In this document: piece after piece, positions 29,974 through 39,892 of the stretch | Position numbering within the stretch: position 1 is the stretch's first letter | Layout: each line of letters starts with the position of its first letter | Origin: Chloroflexota bacterium | GTDB taxonomy: Bacteria; Chloroflexota; UBA11872; VXOZ01 | Reading direction: 5' to 3' | Length of the DNA: 64,000 nucleotides | NCBI GenBank assembly: GCA_963663275.1 | Contig: OY760183.1 | Coordinates: 3,424,001 to 3,488,000, forward strand | The notes under the pieces: model-generated | What the model saw: only the letters and a program-made list of their open reading frames with translations | Told to the model about the DNA's origin: nothing | Databases searched by the model: none | Made by a program: the position numbers and the translations under genes

Positions 29974-31242
29974 ATGCTCACTGCTCAGCAGAATGAACTG
30001 CTCACCCGGGTTGGCCCCGGTACACCCATGGGCGAGACGCTCCGCCGCTACTGGGTACCGGCGCTGCTCGATTGGGAGTTGCCGGAACCGGACTGCACGC
30101 CCGTCCGCCTGCGGCTCCTCGGCGAAGACCTCGTGGCGTTTCGCGACACGAGCGGACGCGTGGGCGTGCTCGACGAGTACTGCCCGCACCGGCTCACGTC
30201 GCTCTGGCTCGGCCGGAACGAGGAGAACGGCCTGCGCTGCGTCTACCACGGCTGGAAGTTCGACGTGACGGGCCAGTGCGTCGACCAGATGAATGAGCCG
30301 AAGCAGTTCGCGTCCAAGATCAAGACGGTCTCCTATCCCGTCGCCGAAGTGGGAGGCGTGTTGTGGGTGTACATGGGGCCGAAGGAGAAGCAGCCCCCGC
30401 CTCCCCATTTCGCGTGGACGAAAGTACAGGCAGAGCATCGCGTGGTGACGAAGGTGGTGGAGGAGTGCAACTGGCTGCAGGCGCTCGAGGGCGGGATAGA
30501 CACCTCCCACGCGCCCATCATGCACCGGGCGCTGCGCCCGAACCCCTCGCAGCCCGGCCTGCCGGTGAACGACGCCTTCGTGCAGGGCGCCGCGCCGTCG
30601 CTGGAAGTGGACGTGACCGACTACGGCTACCGCTACTTCGGCATTCGTCCGTTGGGCACGGACCGGCAGTACGTGCGGGGTTACCACTTCATCATGCCGT
30701 GGACGCAGCTGCGCCCGGCGGGGCGGGGCATCCAGAACCAGGTCCACGGGCACCACTGGGTGCCGATAGACGATTACAAGTGCCTCGTATGGAACTGGTA
30801 CTACAACGAGGTCCAGCCGCTGGACAAGGGCAAGGCCGGACCGGAGGAGACGGGCAACATCTTCGGGATCGACGTGGACGCGGAGAACGGGTTCCGCTCC
30901 ATCCGCAACCGCTCCAACAGCTGGCTGATCGACCGCGCTGTACAGAAGACCGATACGTTCACCGGTATCGTTGGCATCAACACGCAGGACCGCGCGGTGC
31001 AGGAGATGATGGGGCCGATCGTGGACCGCTCCCGCGAGCACCTCGGCCCTGCGGACAAGGCGATCATCGCCGCGCGAAAGTTGCTGGAGGAGGCGGTGCG
31101 CACCGTGCAGGACGGGGGCGACCCGCAGGGCGTGTCGCCCAGCTACTACGAACTGCGCGCAGCGGAGAGCATCCTGCCGGCGGACGATGACTGGCGCACC
31201 GACCTCATCCCGCGCATGGACCCCTCCCTCGTCAGCGCATAG
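29974..31242 (+). CDS. Rieske non-heme iron oxygenase (phthalate 4,5-dioxygenase/LigX-like)
   Basis: CPHR...CVYHGWKFD Rieske motif; EGGIDTSH..IMH; QDRAVQE. Confidence 0.9.
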   Translation: MLTAQQNELLTRVGPGTPMGETLRRYWVPALLDWELPEPDCTPVRLRLLGEDLVAFRDTSGRVGVLDEYCPHRLTSLWLGRNEENGLRCVYHGWKFDVTGQCVDQMNEPKQFASKIKTVSYPVAEVGGVLWVYMGPKEKQPPPPHFAWTKVQAEHRVVTKVVEECNWLQALEGGIDTSHAPIMHRALRPNPSQPGLPVNDAFVQGAAPSLEVDVTDYGYRYFGIRPLGTDRQYVRGYHFIMPWTQLRPAGRGIQNQVHGHHWVPIDDYKCLVWNWYYNEVQPLDKGKAGPEETGNIFGIDVDAENGFRSIRNRSNSWLIDRAVQKTDTFTGIVGINTQDRAVQEMMGPIVDRSREHLGPADKAIIAARKLLEEAVRTVQDGGDPQGVSPSYYELRAAESILPADDDWRTDLIPRMDPSLVSA

Positions 31243-31303
31243 CGAACTGTCCCGCATTCCAGGCACCGGACGACTTCCCCCTCTTCTGCCTCGTGCGTGA
31301 GCG

Positions 31304-31332
31304 TTGACGCTCGGCATACGCGGTGTTAGGTT
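31304..31332 (+). promoter_or_regulatory. Putative sigma70 promoter of the ABC operon
   Basis: TTGACG-17 nt-TAGGTT. Confidence 0.6.
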
Positions 31333-31420
31333 CCCGCGTGGGTGACGCCGCCTGTGCAGGGCTCCGCGCAAAGGAGGTCGGCGCAGGAAGGCAGCCCCAT
31401 CCGGTCAGAGGGAGGATGAC

Positions 31421-32554
31421 ATGAACCGGAAGGTGATCAGCATCTGTACGCGCGCCGTTCTGGCGACACTGGTTGCGCTGCTGGCAGTGGCGTCGCTTGC
31501 CGCCTGCGGCAGCGACCCGACGCCCACGCCAACTGCGACGCCCGCGCCTGCAGCGACTCCGACGCCGGTGCCAAGCCTGCTGGAGCAACTGCACGCGGCG
31601 GCGCAGCAGGAAGGCGGGGTCGTCTGGGCCACCACCGACACCGAGGAACGCACCACCGCGATCATCGGCGCCTTCGAGGCGAAGTACCCCGGTGTCAAGG
31701 TGAGCCTCATCACGGCGAACAGCGCCGAACTGCGAGAGCGGCTCTTCCTGGAGGCGCAGGCGAACAAGATCACCGTTGACGTGACCGACCCCGGCCGCGA
31801 CAACCGCGTGATCGAGGAGGACCTCGCCGAAGACCTGACGGACATCGTCGAGGAGCTTGGCGTCGACCCGAACCTTGTCTACTCGGACAACCGCATCTTC
31901 CTGAAGGTTGGCGTTCCGCACGCGCCTATCTGTAACACGGACAGGCTCTCCGGCGACGACTTCCCGCAGTCCTACGAAGACCTGCTCGACCCGAGCCTGA
32001 AGGGCGAGATCGTCGTCGAGAACCGGCTCAAGGGCTTCATCTACCTGACGAACCTGCCCGCGTACGGCGACTCGCGTCCCGGCCTCTGGGAGGAGGACCG
32101 CGTCGCTGAATACCTGGCCGCCGTGAAGGCGAACGACCTCAAGGCGCAGCGGGGCAATGGCGTCGTTGGCGACCTCGTAGCGTCCGGCGAAGTTTCCTGT
32201 GCGCTGGAGATCAACCTCAGCTCCTTCCAGAACCTCTGGTCGAAGGGCGCGCCGCTGGACATCGTTCCGGTCGAGACCATCTCGGTGGAGCCGGTGCACC
32301 ACTTCGTACCGAAGAACTCCCCCAATCCGAACGCGGCCAAGCTGTTCGCAGCGTTCCTGATGGGACCGGACGGCCGGGCTCTCTGGACGAAGGTTCGTCC
32401 GACGTCCGACCTGACGCTCTCCGAGGACACGCCGTACGCCAACCTGGTCAAGTCCAAGGGCTCCAAGATCGTTCCGCCGGGGACCGAGCTGAACGACCAC
32501 TTCGGCAGGCTGGGAACGAAGTACCTCGAGGCCATCGGTATCCCGACCGGATAG
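31421..32554 (+). CDS. ABC substrate-binding lipoprotein (Fe3+/AfuA-like class)
   Basis: Lipobox LAAC, PT linker, FEAKYPGV, PQSYEDLLDP.LKG, PNPNAAKLF. Confidence 0.85.
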   Translation: MNRKVISICTRAVLATLVALLAVASLAACGSDPTPTPTATPAPAATPTPVPSLLEQLHAAAQQEGGVVWATTDTEERTTAIIGAFEAKYPGVKVSLITANSAELRERLFLEAQANKITVDVTDPGRDNRVIEEDLAEDLTDIVEELGVDPNLVYSDNRIFLKVGVPHAPICNTDRLSGDDFPQSYEDLLDPSLKGEIVVENRLKGFIYLTNLPAYGDSRPGLWEEDRVAEYLAAVKANDLKAQRGNGVVGDLVASGEVSCALEINLSSFQNLWSKGAPLDIVPVETISVEPVHHFVPKNSPNPNAAKLFAAFLMGPDGRALWTKVRPTSDLTLSEDTPYANLVKSKGSKIVPPGTELNDHFGRLGTKYLEAIGIPTG

Positions 32555-32575
32555 GACTCGAAGTCTGATGCAGCG

Positions 32576-32612
32576 AGGGCGCCGGGATGACGAATCATCA
32601 TCCCGGCGCCCT
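32576..32612 (+). terminator. Intercistronic stem-loop after the binding-protein gene
   Basis: 15-bp stem AGGGCGCCGGGATGA/TCATCCCGGCGCCCT. Confidence 0.7.
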
Positions 32613-32662
32613 GTGGCTTATGAGGAGCAGCACGGTTCTGCTCCGGGAGTGAACGGCGCGTC

Positions 32663-34411
32663 ATGATCGGGCAGCAGACAACGGTGGGACGCACCCTGCG
32701 CCAGGGGCTGCGGACGGACCCGCAGGTGCTGATCGTCATCGGCTCCCTGGGGGCGCTGCTGGCGTTCCTCGTCGCCGTGCCCTTGGTGCTCGTGCTCTGG
32801 TTCAGCTTCCGCACGGCGGGGCCCGGTGAGCGCGGCGGCACGTTCACCATCAGCAACTACGTCGACACCTTCCTGAACCCCCTCACGTACGAGCTGCTCA
32901 TCAACACGTTCTGGTTCTCGGTCGGCTCGATAATCGTCGGCCTCATCATCGGCGTGGGATTTGCGTGGCTCATCGAGCGAACGAACACGCCGTTGCGCAA
33001 CTTCGGCTTCGTGTCCATCGTCATCAACAGCGCGATGCCTGCGGCGATGTTCGCCATCGCGTGGGTGCTCGTGCTGAACCCACGCACCGGCCTCGTGAAC
33101 CTGCCGTTCACGGCGTGGCTGGACTGGGACAAGGGACCGTTCAACCCGAACACGATGTGGGCGATGATCTTCGTGGAGGGCTTGCGGCTTGCCGCCACCA
33201 TCTTCCTCATGGTCATCGGCCTCTTCCGCAGCATGGACCCGTCGCTGGAGGAGGCGTCCTCCATGTCGCAGGTGGGCACGTTCAAGACAGCGCGCCACGT
33301 TACGCTGCCCATTATGACGCCGGGCATCCTGGGCGTCGTGGTCTACATCGCCACGTCGACGGTCGGCGTCTTCGAGATCCCGGGTGTGATGGGGATGCCG
33401 GCGGACATCCACGTGCTCGCCACGCGCATCTACCTGGCGACGAGCCAGGTGCCGCCGGACTACGGCTTCGCCACGAGCCTCGCGACGATCGCGGGCATCC
33501 TCGGCGTGGTCGGCATCTTCATCTACCACCGCGTGACGCGGATACAGCAGCGGTTCGCGACGGTGACGGGGAAGGGCTACCGTCCGCGGCGCATCGAATT
33601 GGGGCCGAAGGGCCGCTTCATCAGTGCGGGCCTCATCATCCTCTTCTTCATCCTCACGTTCGGCCTGCCGATGTTCATCCTCGTGTGGGCGAGCCTCATC
33701 CCGTTCTACCAGGCGCCGCTGCCGAAGGCGCTGGAGTTCGTCAGCCTGGACGCCTACCGCTTCATCCTCACCGGGCCGGGCAGGCACGAGTTCATGCAGG
33801 GCCTGCGGAACTCGCTGCTGCTCATTCTCGTGGTGCCCGCGCTGACGATGCTCCTCTCGGCGGTCGTCTCGTGGTTCGTGGTGCGGAGCAGGGCGCGAGG
33901 AAAGTCGATACTGGACATGCTGGCGTTCATGCCGCATACCGTGCCCGGCATCGTCATGGGGCTTGCGTGGCTCATCATCGGGCTGTTCGTCCTCGTACCC
34001 ACCTACGGGACGATATGGCTCATCGTCATCGCCCACATCTCGCTCTTCATCGCCTACGGCACGCGGACGACGAACGGGGCGATGTTCCAGATACACCGCG
34101 AGTTGGAGGAGGCCGGCGCGATGAGCGGGGCGGCGTGGTTCAGCACGTTCCGGCGCATCATCCTGCCGCTGCTCATGCCGTCGCTGGTCGCGGGCTGGCT
34201 GTGGGTCGCCATCCACAGCGGACGCGAGCTGACGGTGGCGCTGCTGCTGCAGTCCAGCTCCAACCGCATCATCTCGGCCTACGTCTGGCAGCAGTTCTTC
34301 GGCGGGCGGCTGAGCCTCGCCGCGGCGGCGGGCGTGGTGCTGGTGGTGCTCATCATCCTGCTCGTGGTGCTCACGCGGATCGTGGGCCAGCGGCTCAGCA
34401 GGCAACAGTAA
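32663..34411 (+). CDS. ABC permease, FbpB-type with two fused halves
   Basis: Two EAA loops (MDPSLEEAS, IHRELEEAG) and TVTGKG. Confidence 0.9.
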   Translation: MIGQQTTVGRTLRQGLRTDPQVLIVIGSLGALLAFLVAVPLVLVLWFSFRTAGPGERGGTFTISNYVDTFLNPLTYELLINTFWFSVGSIIVGLIIGVGFAWLIERTNTPLRNFGFVSIVINSAMPAAMFAIAWVLVLNPRTGLVNLPFTAWLDWDKGPFNPNTMWAMIFVEGLRLAATIFLMVIGLFRSMDPSLEEASSMSQVGTFKTARHVTLPIMTPGILGVVVYIATSTVGVFEIPGVMGMPADIHVLATRIYLATSQVPPDYGFATSLATIAGILGVVGIFIYHRVTRIQQRFATVTGKGYRPRRIELGPKGRFISAGLIILFFILTFGLPMFILVWASLIPFYQAPLPKALEFVSLDAYRFILTGPGRHEFMQGLRNSLLLILVVPALTMLLSAVVSWFVVRSRARGKSILDMLAFMPHTVPGIVMGLAWLIIGLFVLVPTYGTIWLIVIAHISLFIAYGTRTTNGAMFQIHRELEEAGAMSGAAWFSTFRRIILPLLMPSLVAGWLWVAIHSGRELTVALLLQSSSNRIISAYVWQQFFGGRLSLAAAAGVVLVVLIILLVVLTRIVGQRLSRQQ

Positions 34412-34423
34412 GGGGAGGTCAAC

Positions 34424-35569
34424 GTGGCGGTAGCGCTTCAGGTCAGGAACCTCTTCAAGCGGTTCGACACCGATCAGGGCGAGGTGCGCGCGGTCGAGGA
34501 CGTGACGTTCGACGTCGAGTCGGGCGCGTTCTTCACGCTGCTCGGCCCGTCCGGCTGCGGCAAGTCCACGACGCTCCGCTGCATCGCGGGGCTCGAACGC
34601 CCGGACGACGGCGACATCACGCTGGAGGACGCCGTGCTCGTGTCATCGAGCCGGGCCATGTGGACGCCGCCGCACAAGCGGCCCATGGGTATGGTCTTCC
34701 AGTCCTACGCCATCTGGCCGCACATGAACGTTTTCGACAACGTCGCGTTCCCGCTGAAGCAGGGGCCGCAGAAGTTCTCCAACGCGGAGACGCGGGACCG
34801 CGTGATGCGCTCGCTCGCGCTCGTCCACCTGGACGGACTGGAGAAGCGTCCCGCGCCGCAGTTGAGCGGAGGCCAGCAGCAGCGGCTCGCGCTGGCGAGG
34901 GCGCTCGTGAACGAGCCGAAGGCGCTCCTGCTCGACGAACCCCTCAGCAACCTGGACGCCAAGCTGCGGGAGGAGATGCGCAACGAGTTGAAGCAGCTCA
35001 CCTCCACGCTCGGCATCACCACGCTGTTCGTGACGCACGACCAGTTGGAGGCGCTGACGCTCTCCGACCAGGTGGCCGTGATGGACAGCGGACGCCTCGT
35101 CCAGTACGGCCCGCCGCGCGAGATATACGAGGCCCCGCGCAACCGGTTCGCCGCGGAGTTCATCGGCTCGGCCAACTTCTTCGAGGGCACCGTCACAGAT
35201 GCCGTAGAGACGGGCGGCGTCACCGGCGTGGAGACGGAGCACGGCGTGCTGCGCTGCACGACGGCGGAGGCGGTGGGCAAGGGGACGCGGGTTGCCGTGG
35301 CCGTGCGGCCGGAGAACGTCGTGCTGCACACTGGCGCGCCTCCTGCCGGAGACGACGTCAACGTGCTCTCCGGCAGGGTGGCGAGCGTCGTCTACCTCGG
35401 CAACACGCTCGACTGCCAGGTGGAGGTGGGCGGCGCGTTGGTGAAGGCGGACGTGCATCCGGGCGAGGACGTGAATGAGAACGACGCGGTTACGCTGTCG
35501 TTCAAGGTATCGGCCTCCCGGGTCGTGCCGGTCGGCGTGGCCGTCGCGGCGGCGGAACAGGCGGGCTAA
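34424..35569 (+). CDS. ABC ATPase (FbpC/PotA class) with a TOBE domain
   Basis: [39 protein letters not shown]. Confidence 0.95.
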   Translation: MAVALQVRNLFKRFDTDQGEVRAVEDVTFDVESGAFFTLLGPSGCGKSTTLRCIAGLERPDDGDITLEDAVLVSSSRAMWTPPHKRPMGMVFQSYAIWPHMNVFDNVAFPLKQGPQKFSNAETRDRVMRSLALVHLDGLEKRPAPQLSGGQQQRLALARALVNEPKALLLDEPLSNLDAKLREEMRNELKQLTSTLGITTLFVTHDQLEALTLSDQVAVMDSGRLVQYGPPREIYEAPRNRFAAEFIGSANFFEGTVTDAVETGGVTGVETEHGVLRCTTAEAVGKGTRVAVAVRPENVVLHTGAPPAGDDVNVLSGRVASVVYLGNTLDCQVEVGGALVKADVHPGEDVNENDAVTLSFKVSASRVVPVGVAVAAAEQAG

Positions 35570-35588
35570 CCCCAACAGGAGCAGACGC

Positions 35589-36365
35589 ATGAGACTGGAG
35601 AACCAGGTAGCTATCGTTACGGGCGCGGGACGGAACATCGGCGAGTCGGTGGGCCACTATTTCGCCGGGGAGGGCGCGAAGGTCGCGCTCGTCGACGTAC
35701 GGCTGGAGGCCGCGCAGGCCGTTGCCGACGCGATCAACGCCGAGCACCCCGGTTGCGCCATCGCGGTCCAGGCGGACGTATCGTCGAGCGAGGACGTGCA
35801 GCACATGGTGAGTGCGACCGTCGAGGCGTTCGGCGGGGTGGACATCCTCGTGAACAACGCCGCGATCACCGACCACACGCCCGCGCTCGACCTGCCGGAG
35901 GACGAGTGGGACCGCATCATCGACGTGACGCTCAAGAGCGTGTTCCTGACGTGCAAGTACGCGGGGCGGCAGATGCGCGACCAGGGGCGCGGCGGCAAGA
36001 TCATCAACATCGCGTCCACGTCCGGCCACCGGGGCCGCGCCGACGCGACGGCGTACTCGGCGGCGAAGGGCGGCGTGCTGAACCTCACCCGCTCGCTCGC
36101 CATCCAGTTCGCGCAGTTCGGCGTGCGGGTGAACTCGCTGACCCCCAACCGCATCGGCTCGCCTGTTGGACAGGAAGAGCTGCCCGCGGAGGGCCGGGGC
36201 GTGTCGAACCTCGTGGGACGGCAGGGGATGCCGCCGGACATCGCGAAGGCGGTCGTCTTCCTCGCATCGGACGACGCCGACTTCATCGCGGCAGCCGACC
36301 TCCTGGTCGACGGAGGCTCGCTTGCTGGCAGCGTTCCATTCTCGTCCCCTCCCCCGAGCCGCTAG
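35589..36365 (+). CDS. Short-chain dehydrogenase/reductase
   Basis: TGAGRNIG, NNA, YSAAK. Confidence 0.95.
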   Translation: MRLENQVAIVTGAGRNIGESVGHYFAGEGAKVALVDVRLEAAQAVADAINAEHPGCAIAVQADVSSSEDVQHMVSATVEAFGGVDILVNNAAITDHTPALDLPEDEWDRIIDVTLKSVFLTCKYAGRQMRDQGRGGKIINIASTSGHRGRADATAYSAAKGGVLNLTRSLAIQFAQFGVRVNSLTPNRIGSPVGQEELPAEGRGVSNLVGRQGMPPDIAKAVVFLASDDADFIAAADLLVDGGSLAGSVPFSSPPPSR

Positions 36366-36369
36366 ACAA

Positions 36370-36433
36370 CCGTCATTCCCGCCTTCTCCGGCAGCCCCGC
36401 CTTCTCCCGTCATTCCCGCGAAGGCGGGAATCC
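36370..36433 (+). repeat. REP-like palindrome preceded by two partial units
   Basis: GTCATTCCCGCGAAGGCGGGAATCC at 36409-36433; half copies upstream at ~19-bp period. Confidence 0.8.
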
Positions 36434-36444
36434 AGCGTGTGGCT

Positions 36445-36888
36445 CTACGACAGCCACACCCGAAGCAGCACCGACTCCGACGCCGGCAGCGCGACGAGCG
36501 TCCGCGCGACCACGCCCCGCGACGCCAGCGCGCGCTCGACCTCCGGCGGGTCGTCGACGCCGCGCACGACGTCGATGCGCGCCTCGCGCTCGCGGCCCCG
36601 GTAGTAGACCGTCGCCGGAGCGCCGCTCTCGACGTTGCGCCACCAGAGCGCGCGGGCGCTCGTCAGGACGCGGAGCGCCCCGCCGCCGGACGGGCGGCAC
36701 ATCACCGGCACGAGGTACCTCCTGCCGGTGCGCCGCCCCTCGCAGCGGATGACCACGAAACGCGGACCGAGCAGCGGGTGCAGCCGCGAACGCACAACCC
36801 ACGCGATGAATGCGTTGACGCGGCGGAACACGGCGGGGATGACCGTTGCCACCATCCACCGTGCGAGTCCGAGCTTGAGCGCGCGCAT
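36445..36888 (-). CDS. Deazaflavin (F420)-dependent nitroreductase-like split-barrel protein
   Basis: RSRLHPLL, GRRTGR.Y.VPV, WWRNV. Confidence 0.65.
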   Translation of the reverse strand: MRALKLGLARWMVATVIPAVFRRVNAFIAWVVRSRLHPLLGPRFVVIRCEGRRTGRRYLVPVMCRPSGGGALRVLTSARALWWRNVESGAPATVYYRGREREARIDVVRGVDDPPEVERALASRGVVARTLVALPASESVLLRVWLS

Positions 36889-36893
36889 GGGGG

Positions 36894-38078
36894 CTAGGCT
36901 TGCAAGGACGGCGCAGTTTCGAATACGTGCGCAACTGCCTCTGACGGTAAGTAGCACGTTGAACTTCCTGTGCCATGCTTAATAAGCAGTCTTTTGCCGG
37001 TTAGCCAGGTCAGATGTCTTGCCAGAGTCCGCCTACTGGCAGCTCCTGCAGTTTCGCTCATGGCCCGCCTAAGCCCTTTGTTGGTTACCGGGCCTGAATT
37101 ACAAGCTATCACGAGGGCAGTTGCTCTAATGACGAAAGCGCGGCTTGCATTTTCCCAATTAAAGAGCAGTAGATCACCATGCGGACGCCATCGCAGGTCC
37201 AATGTAAGCAGTGGCATGTACTCAGCATTAAGCGCATGCGTGCCAGCCTTCAGCCTTCTGTGCTTAGCAAGTGCAGCATTAGCCTGTATCAAGTATGCAT
37301 GTAGGTAATACTCAACCCAAGATGTGAGGTCGTGAGCCGCCGGTTCATATACATTCCCAACGGCTTTCTCGATTGCCTCGTAGTAACGCTGGTCGTCCAT
37401 CCCGAAGTACTCTTCCAGCGATACGAGAGCCGGTGACTTGTAGCCTGCAAGGTACAGGACCAGTGCCTCTGTGACTCGCGCTGTCCGTCCGTTCCCATTC
37501 CAGAATGGATGGATGGCAATGAAGTTAATGTGAGCGAGAGCTGCCTTGCAATAAGGATGTAACCCTTGCGACGTGTTTAACCAACGGACATACTCGTCCA
37601 TAAGCATCTCAACGTGTTCAGCAGGCGGCGGGCGAAATGTCCTCACAAAGTTCTGCCCTTGGCGGTAACGCCCGGAGTCGTAAGGAGTATCGTCATCCCA
37701 AAGCAGTTTAGTAACACGGCAGTGAATTTCTTTAATCGTATCTTCATTGAGTCGTGGGGATGAGGCAGTACCAATGCTTCGCGCGTACTGCATGGCCTCG
37801 TAGTAATTGAGGACCTCCTGCCTCTCATTCTCAGGAGATGACACGGATTCGCCACTGATAAGGGATTCTACTTCGGGGAGAGTAAGAGGGTTGCCTTCTA
37901 GTTTGGTGGAGTAATGGGCACGCGACGCCATGGCTTGGCGTTCCATGATGTGGCGTCGGAGTTCGGGCGCGATCTCGCCTGCGGTGTGGCGGTGGGCGTC
38001 CAACTCCTCACGGATTGCCGACAGCTCGGTCAGTATCTCTCGAATGGCAGGCGTGGTTTTGAATTTCGTGTACAGCAT
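36894..38078 (-). CDS. Fic family protein (class II) with a C-terminal wHTH, lower-GC copy
   Basis: HPFWNGNGRTAR; inhibitory motif STKLEGN; paralogue of 40274-41380. Confidence 0.9.
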   Translation of the reverse strand: MLYTKFKTTPAIREILTELSAIREELDAHRHTAGEIAPELRRHIMERQAMASRAHYSTKLEGNPLTLPEVESLISGESVSSPENERQEVLNYYEAMQYARSIGTASSPRLNEDTIKEIHCRVTKLLWDDDTPYDSGRYRQGQNFVRTFRPPPAEHVEMLMDEYVRWLNTSQGLHPYCKAALAHINFIAIHPFWNGNGRTARVTEALVLYLAGYKSPALVSLEEYFGMDDQRYYEAIEKAVGNVYEPAAHDLTSWVEYYLHAYLIQANAALAKHRRLKAGTHALNAEYMPLLTLDLRWRPHGDLLLFNWENASRAFVIRATALVIACNSGPVTNKGLRRAMSETAGAASRRTLARHLTWLTGKRLLIKHGTGSSTCYLPSEAVAHVFETAPSLQA

Positions 38079-38196
38079 GCCGGTGTCCTTCTTGCCCGAC
38101 GGTGTGGCTGCCCTAGCCAGTGTAACGCCCCTGCTGGCGTCATCCAAGGTGTGTGTGGCAGACGTGGCGAGACTAGCGGTGCCGTACCGCGCTGTC

Positions 38197-38202
38197 TATA
38201 AT
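38197..38202 (+). promoter_or_regulatory. -10 box of a probably leaderless dpnI transcript
   Basis: TATAAT 8 nt before ATG 38211; no SD sequence. Confidence 0.55.
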
Positions 38203-38210
38203 CCGCGCCG

Positions 38211-38990
38211 ATGGACTTGCGCCTAGACTTGACAGTCGCTCAGGGGTACAAGAGCAAGAGCCAGATGGCTCGGCGTCTGACGGAAGACTGGGCGACACGG
38301 AACCTCTATTGCCTTGCTTGTGCGTCTGCCCACCTTGATGCTGCGCGAGCGAACACTGCGGTTTGGGATTACTCGTGCTCGACGTGTGGGGCTCTCTATC
38401 AACTCAAGAGCCATGACCGCCCGTTCGGGCGAAGGGTCAGCAACTCACAATACGACCTCAAGATGCGCGCCATCGCACAAGGTCGAGCGCCGCATTACGC
38501 CTTCCTCCAGTATTCGATTCCTGACGCTGCTGTAGTTGACCTCTTCGTCGTGCCCGGCCACTTCCTGAGCCCTGCGGTTGTGGAGCGGAGGTCTCCATTA
38601 CCGCCCCACGCGAGGCGGGCGGGCTGGGTGGGCTCGAATATTCTGTTGGGGCTACTGCCGGAAGAAGGGCGCGTGCATGTTGTCGAGGCTGGTGTGTCCC
38701 GCAATCCTGATGAAGTCCGCGATGACTGGCAACGCTATGGGTTCCTCGCAGGCAAGAAGGGTGGCTGGGCTGCCGATGTGCTGTCGTGCATCCGTGTGCT
38801 GGAACGAGAGACACAGGTCAGGGAGTTCACTCTGCAGGACTTCTACCAGCGATTCGAGGCAGAACTCGCTTCGCGACACACGGACAACCGCAATGTGCAG
38901 GCGAAGATTCGCCAGCAGATGCAGGTGCTTGCCAGAGGCGGAGTGCTCCTGTTCGTTGACAGGCGGGGACGCTACAGGGTCATAGCCTGA
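38211..38990 (+). CDS. DpnI-family (Dam-replacing) methyl-dependent restriction endonuclease
   Basis: YKSKSQMAR.LTEDW, CxxC...CxxC, QLKS, ARRAGWVG.NI; C-terminal wH KIRQQMQVL...RGRYR. Confidence 0.9.
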   Translation: MDLRLDLTVAQGYKSKSQMARRLTEDWATRNLYCLACASAHLDAARANTAVWDYSCSTCGALYQLKSHDRPFGRRVSNSQYDLKMRAIAQGRAPHYAFLQYSIPDAAVVDLFVVPGHFLSPAVVERRSPLPPHARRAGWVGSNILLGLLPEEGRVHVVEAGVSRNPDEVRDDWQRYGFLAGKKGGWAADVLSCIRVLERETQVREFTLQDFYQRFEAELASRHTDNRNVQAKIRQQMQVLARGGVLLFVDRRGRYRVIA

Positions 38991-39032
38991 TCACCCTTGA
39001 CACTTCCCATCGCCCCGATCAACGATCACGGC

Positions 39033-39347
39033 ATGGCGCGTGACGGATTCCAACTTGTGCAAGAGGCTGTCTCCAACTGGGAGAGCCTCGACGGTGTCGC
39101 TGGCGTCGATGTGGTTGAGTTCCCCGACAATACGAACGAACACACCTACTTGGCGAAGATTGCGTTGCATGGTCAGTCGAGACCAGTGTTCATCCAGTTG
39201 GCGCTCATAGACCAAAGCGAGTTGATGGGGATGTCTGCGGGGATGGATATAGCAGACAACGAGTACCAAGCGACGCTTCCGGGATTGTACGAGGCGATAT
39301 TCGAGGAGGGCTTGCCCGTCCGGTGGCGTGACGATAGTTGGGAGTAA
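39033..39347 (+). CDS. Hypothetical acidic protein
   Basis: 104-aa ORF following dpnI; TTGACA at 38997 may be its -35 box or an alternative TTG start. Confidence 0.55.
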   Translation: MARDGFQLVQEAVSNWESLDGVAGVDVVEFPDNTNEHTYLAKIALHGQSRPVFIQLALIDQSELMGMSAGMDIADNEYQATLPGLYEAIFEEGLPVRWRDDSWE

Positions 39348-39349
39348 CG

Positions 39350-39463
39350 TTACTCCTCGTTCACCTCTCCCCCCGCCGACCGATAGACTCGCAGCACTGC
39401 CTCCGTGGGGACGTAGTGGGTGGCGCGGTCGGTGCCGTGACGCTCGGGGATGATGACGTGGAC
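39350..39463 (-). pseudogene. fic 3'-end remnant
   Basis: Translates to ...ERHGTDRATHYVPTEAVLRVYRSAGGEVNEE*, versus ...IHYVPTETVLRVYRSAGGEEE* at the end of 40274-41380. Confidence 0.85.
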
Positions 39464-39892
39464 TCAGGCCTTTGCCTTGGCGGGCTGTTCTGACTCGCGG
39501 AGGGCGTCGAGGATGCGGCGTATGAGGGCGAGGTTGAACTGCGCGAGCTCGTCGGGGCTCGCCTGGCGCTCGCTGGCGAGATGGGGTTTGATGATGCGCT
39601 CCCACGCTTCGCGGAGCTCCGGGTGCTGGGGGAGGAAGAACCGCTCCCAGCTTTCCACGTGCGCGCCCAGGACCTCGTTCATCTCCGGGTGGAAACGCAA
39701 TACGGCGTACTTGCCCACATGCATGTTGTCTGCCGGCTGCACCGGCTCCTCACGCAGGTACAAGGTGTCCGCGTCGGCATAGTAGGAGTGTGTGAGCGAC
39801 GCGAGGCGTGCGTCGTCCCACCGGAGCATCTCCGAGGTCGGGGCGTCGATGTCCATCAAGGCGGCTATCTCGGCATCGTTGGGCTTGCCCAT
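39464..39892 (-). CDS. DUF2283-like protein (putative antitoxin)
   Basis: YYADADTLYL...VLRF.P...EVLG.HVE. Confidence 0.6.
   Translation of the reverse strand: MGKPNDAEIAALMDIDAPTSEMLRWDDARLASLTHSYYADADTLYLREEPVQPADNMHVGKYAVLRFHPEMNEVLGAHVESWERFFLPQHPELREAWERIIKPHLASERQASPDELAQFNLALIRRILDALRESEQPAKAKA

Noticed and set aside
31243-31420. Riboswitch upstream of the ABC binding protein
   Set aside because: No TPP, cobalamin, FMN or SAM consensus recognised; a plain promoter explains the region.
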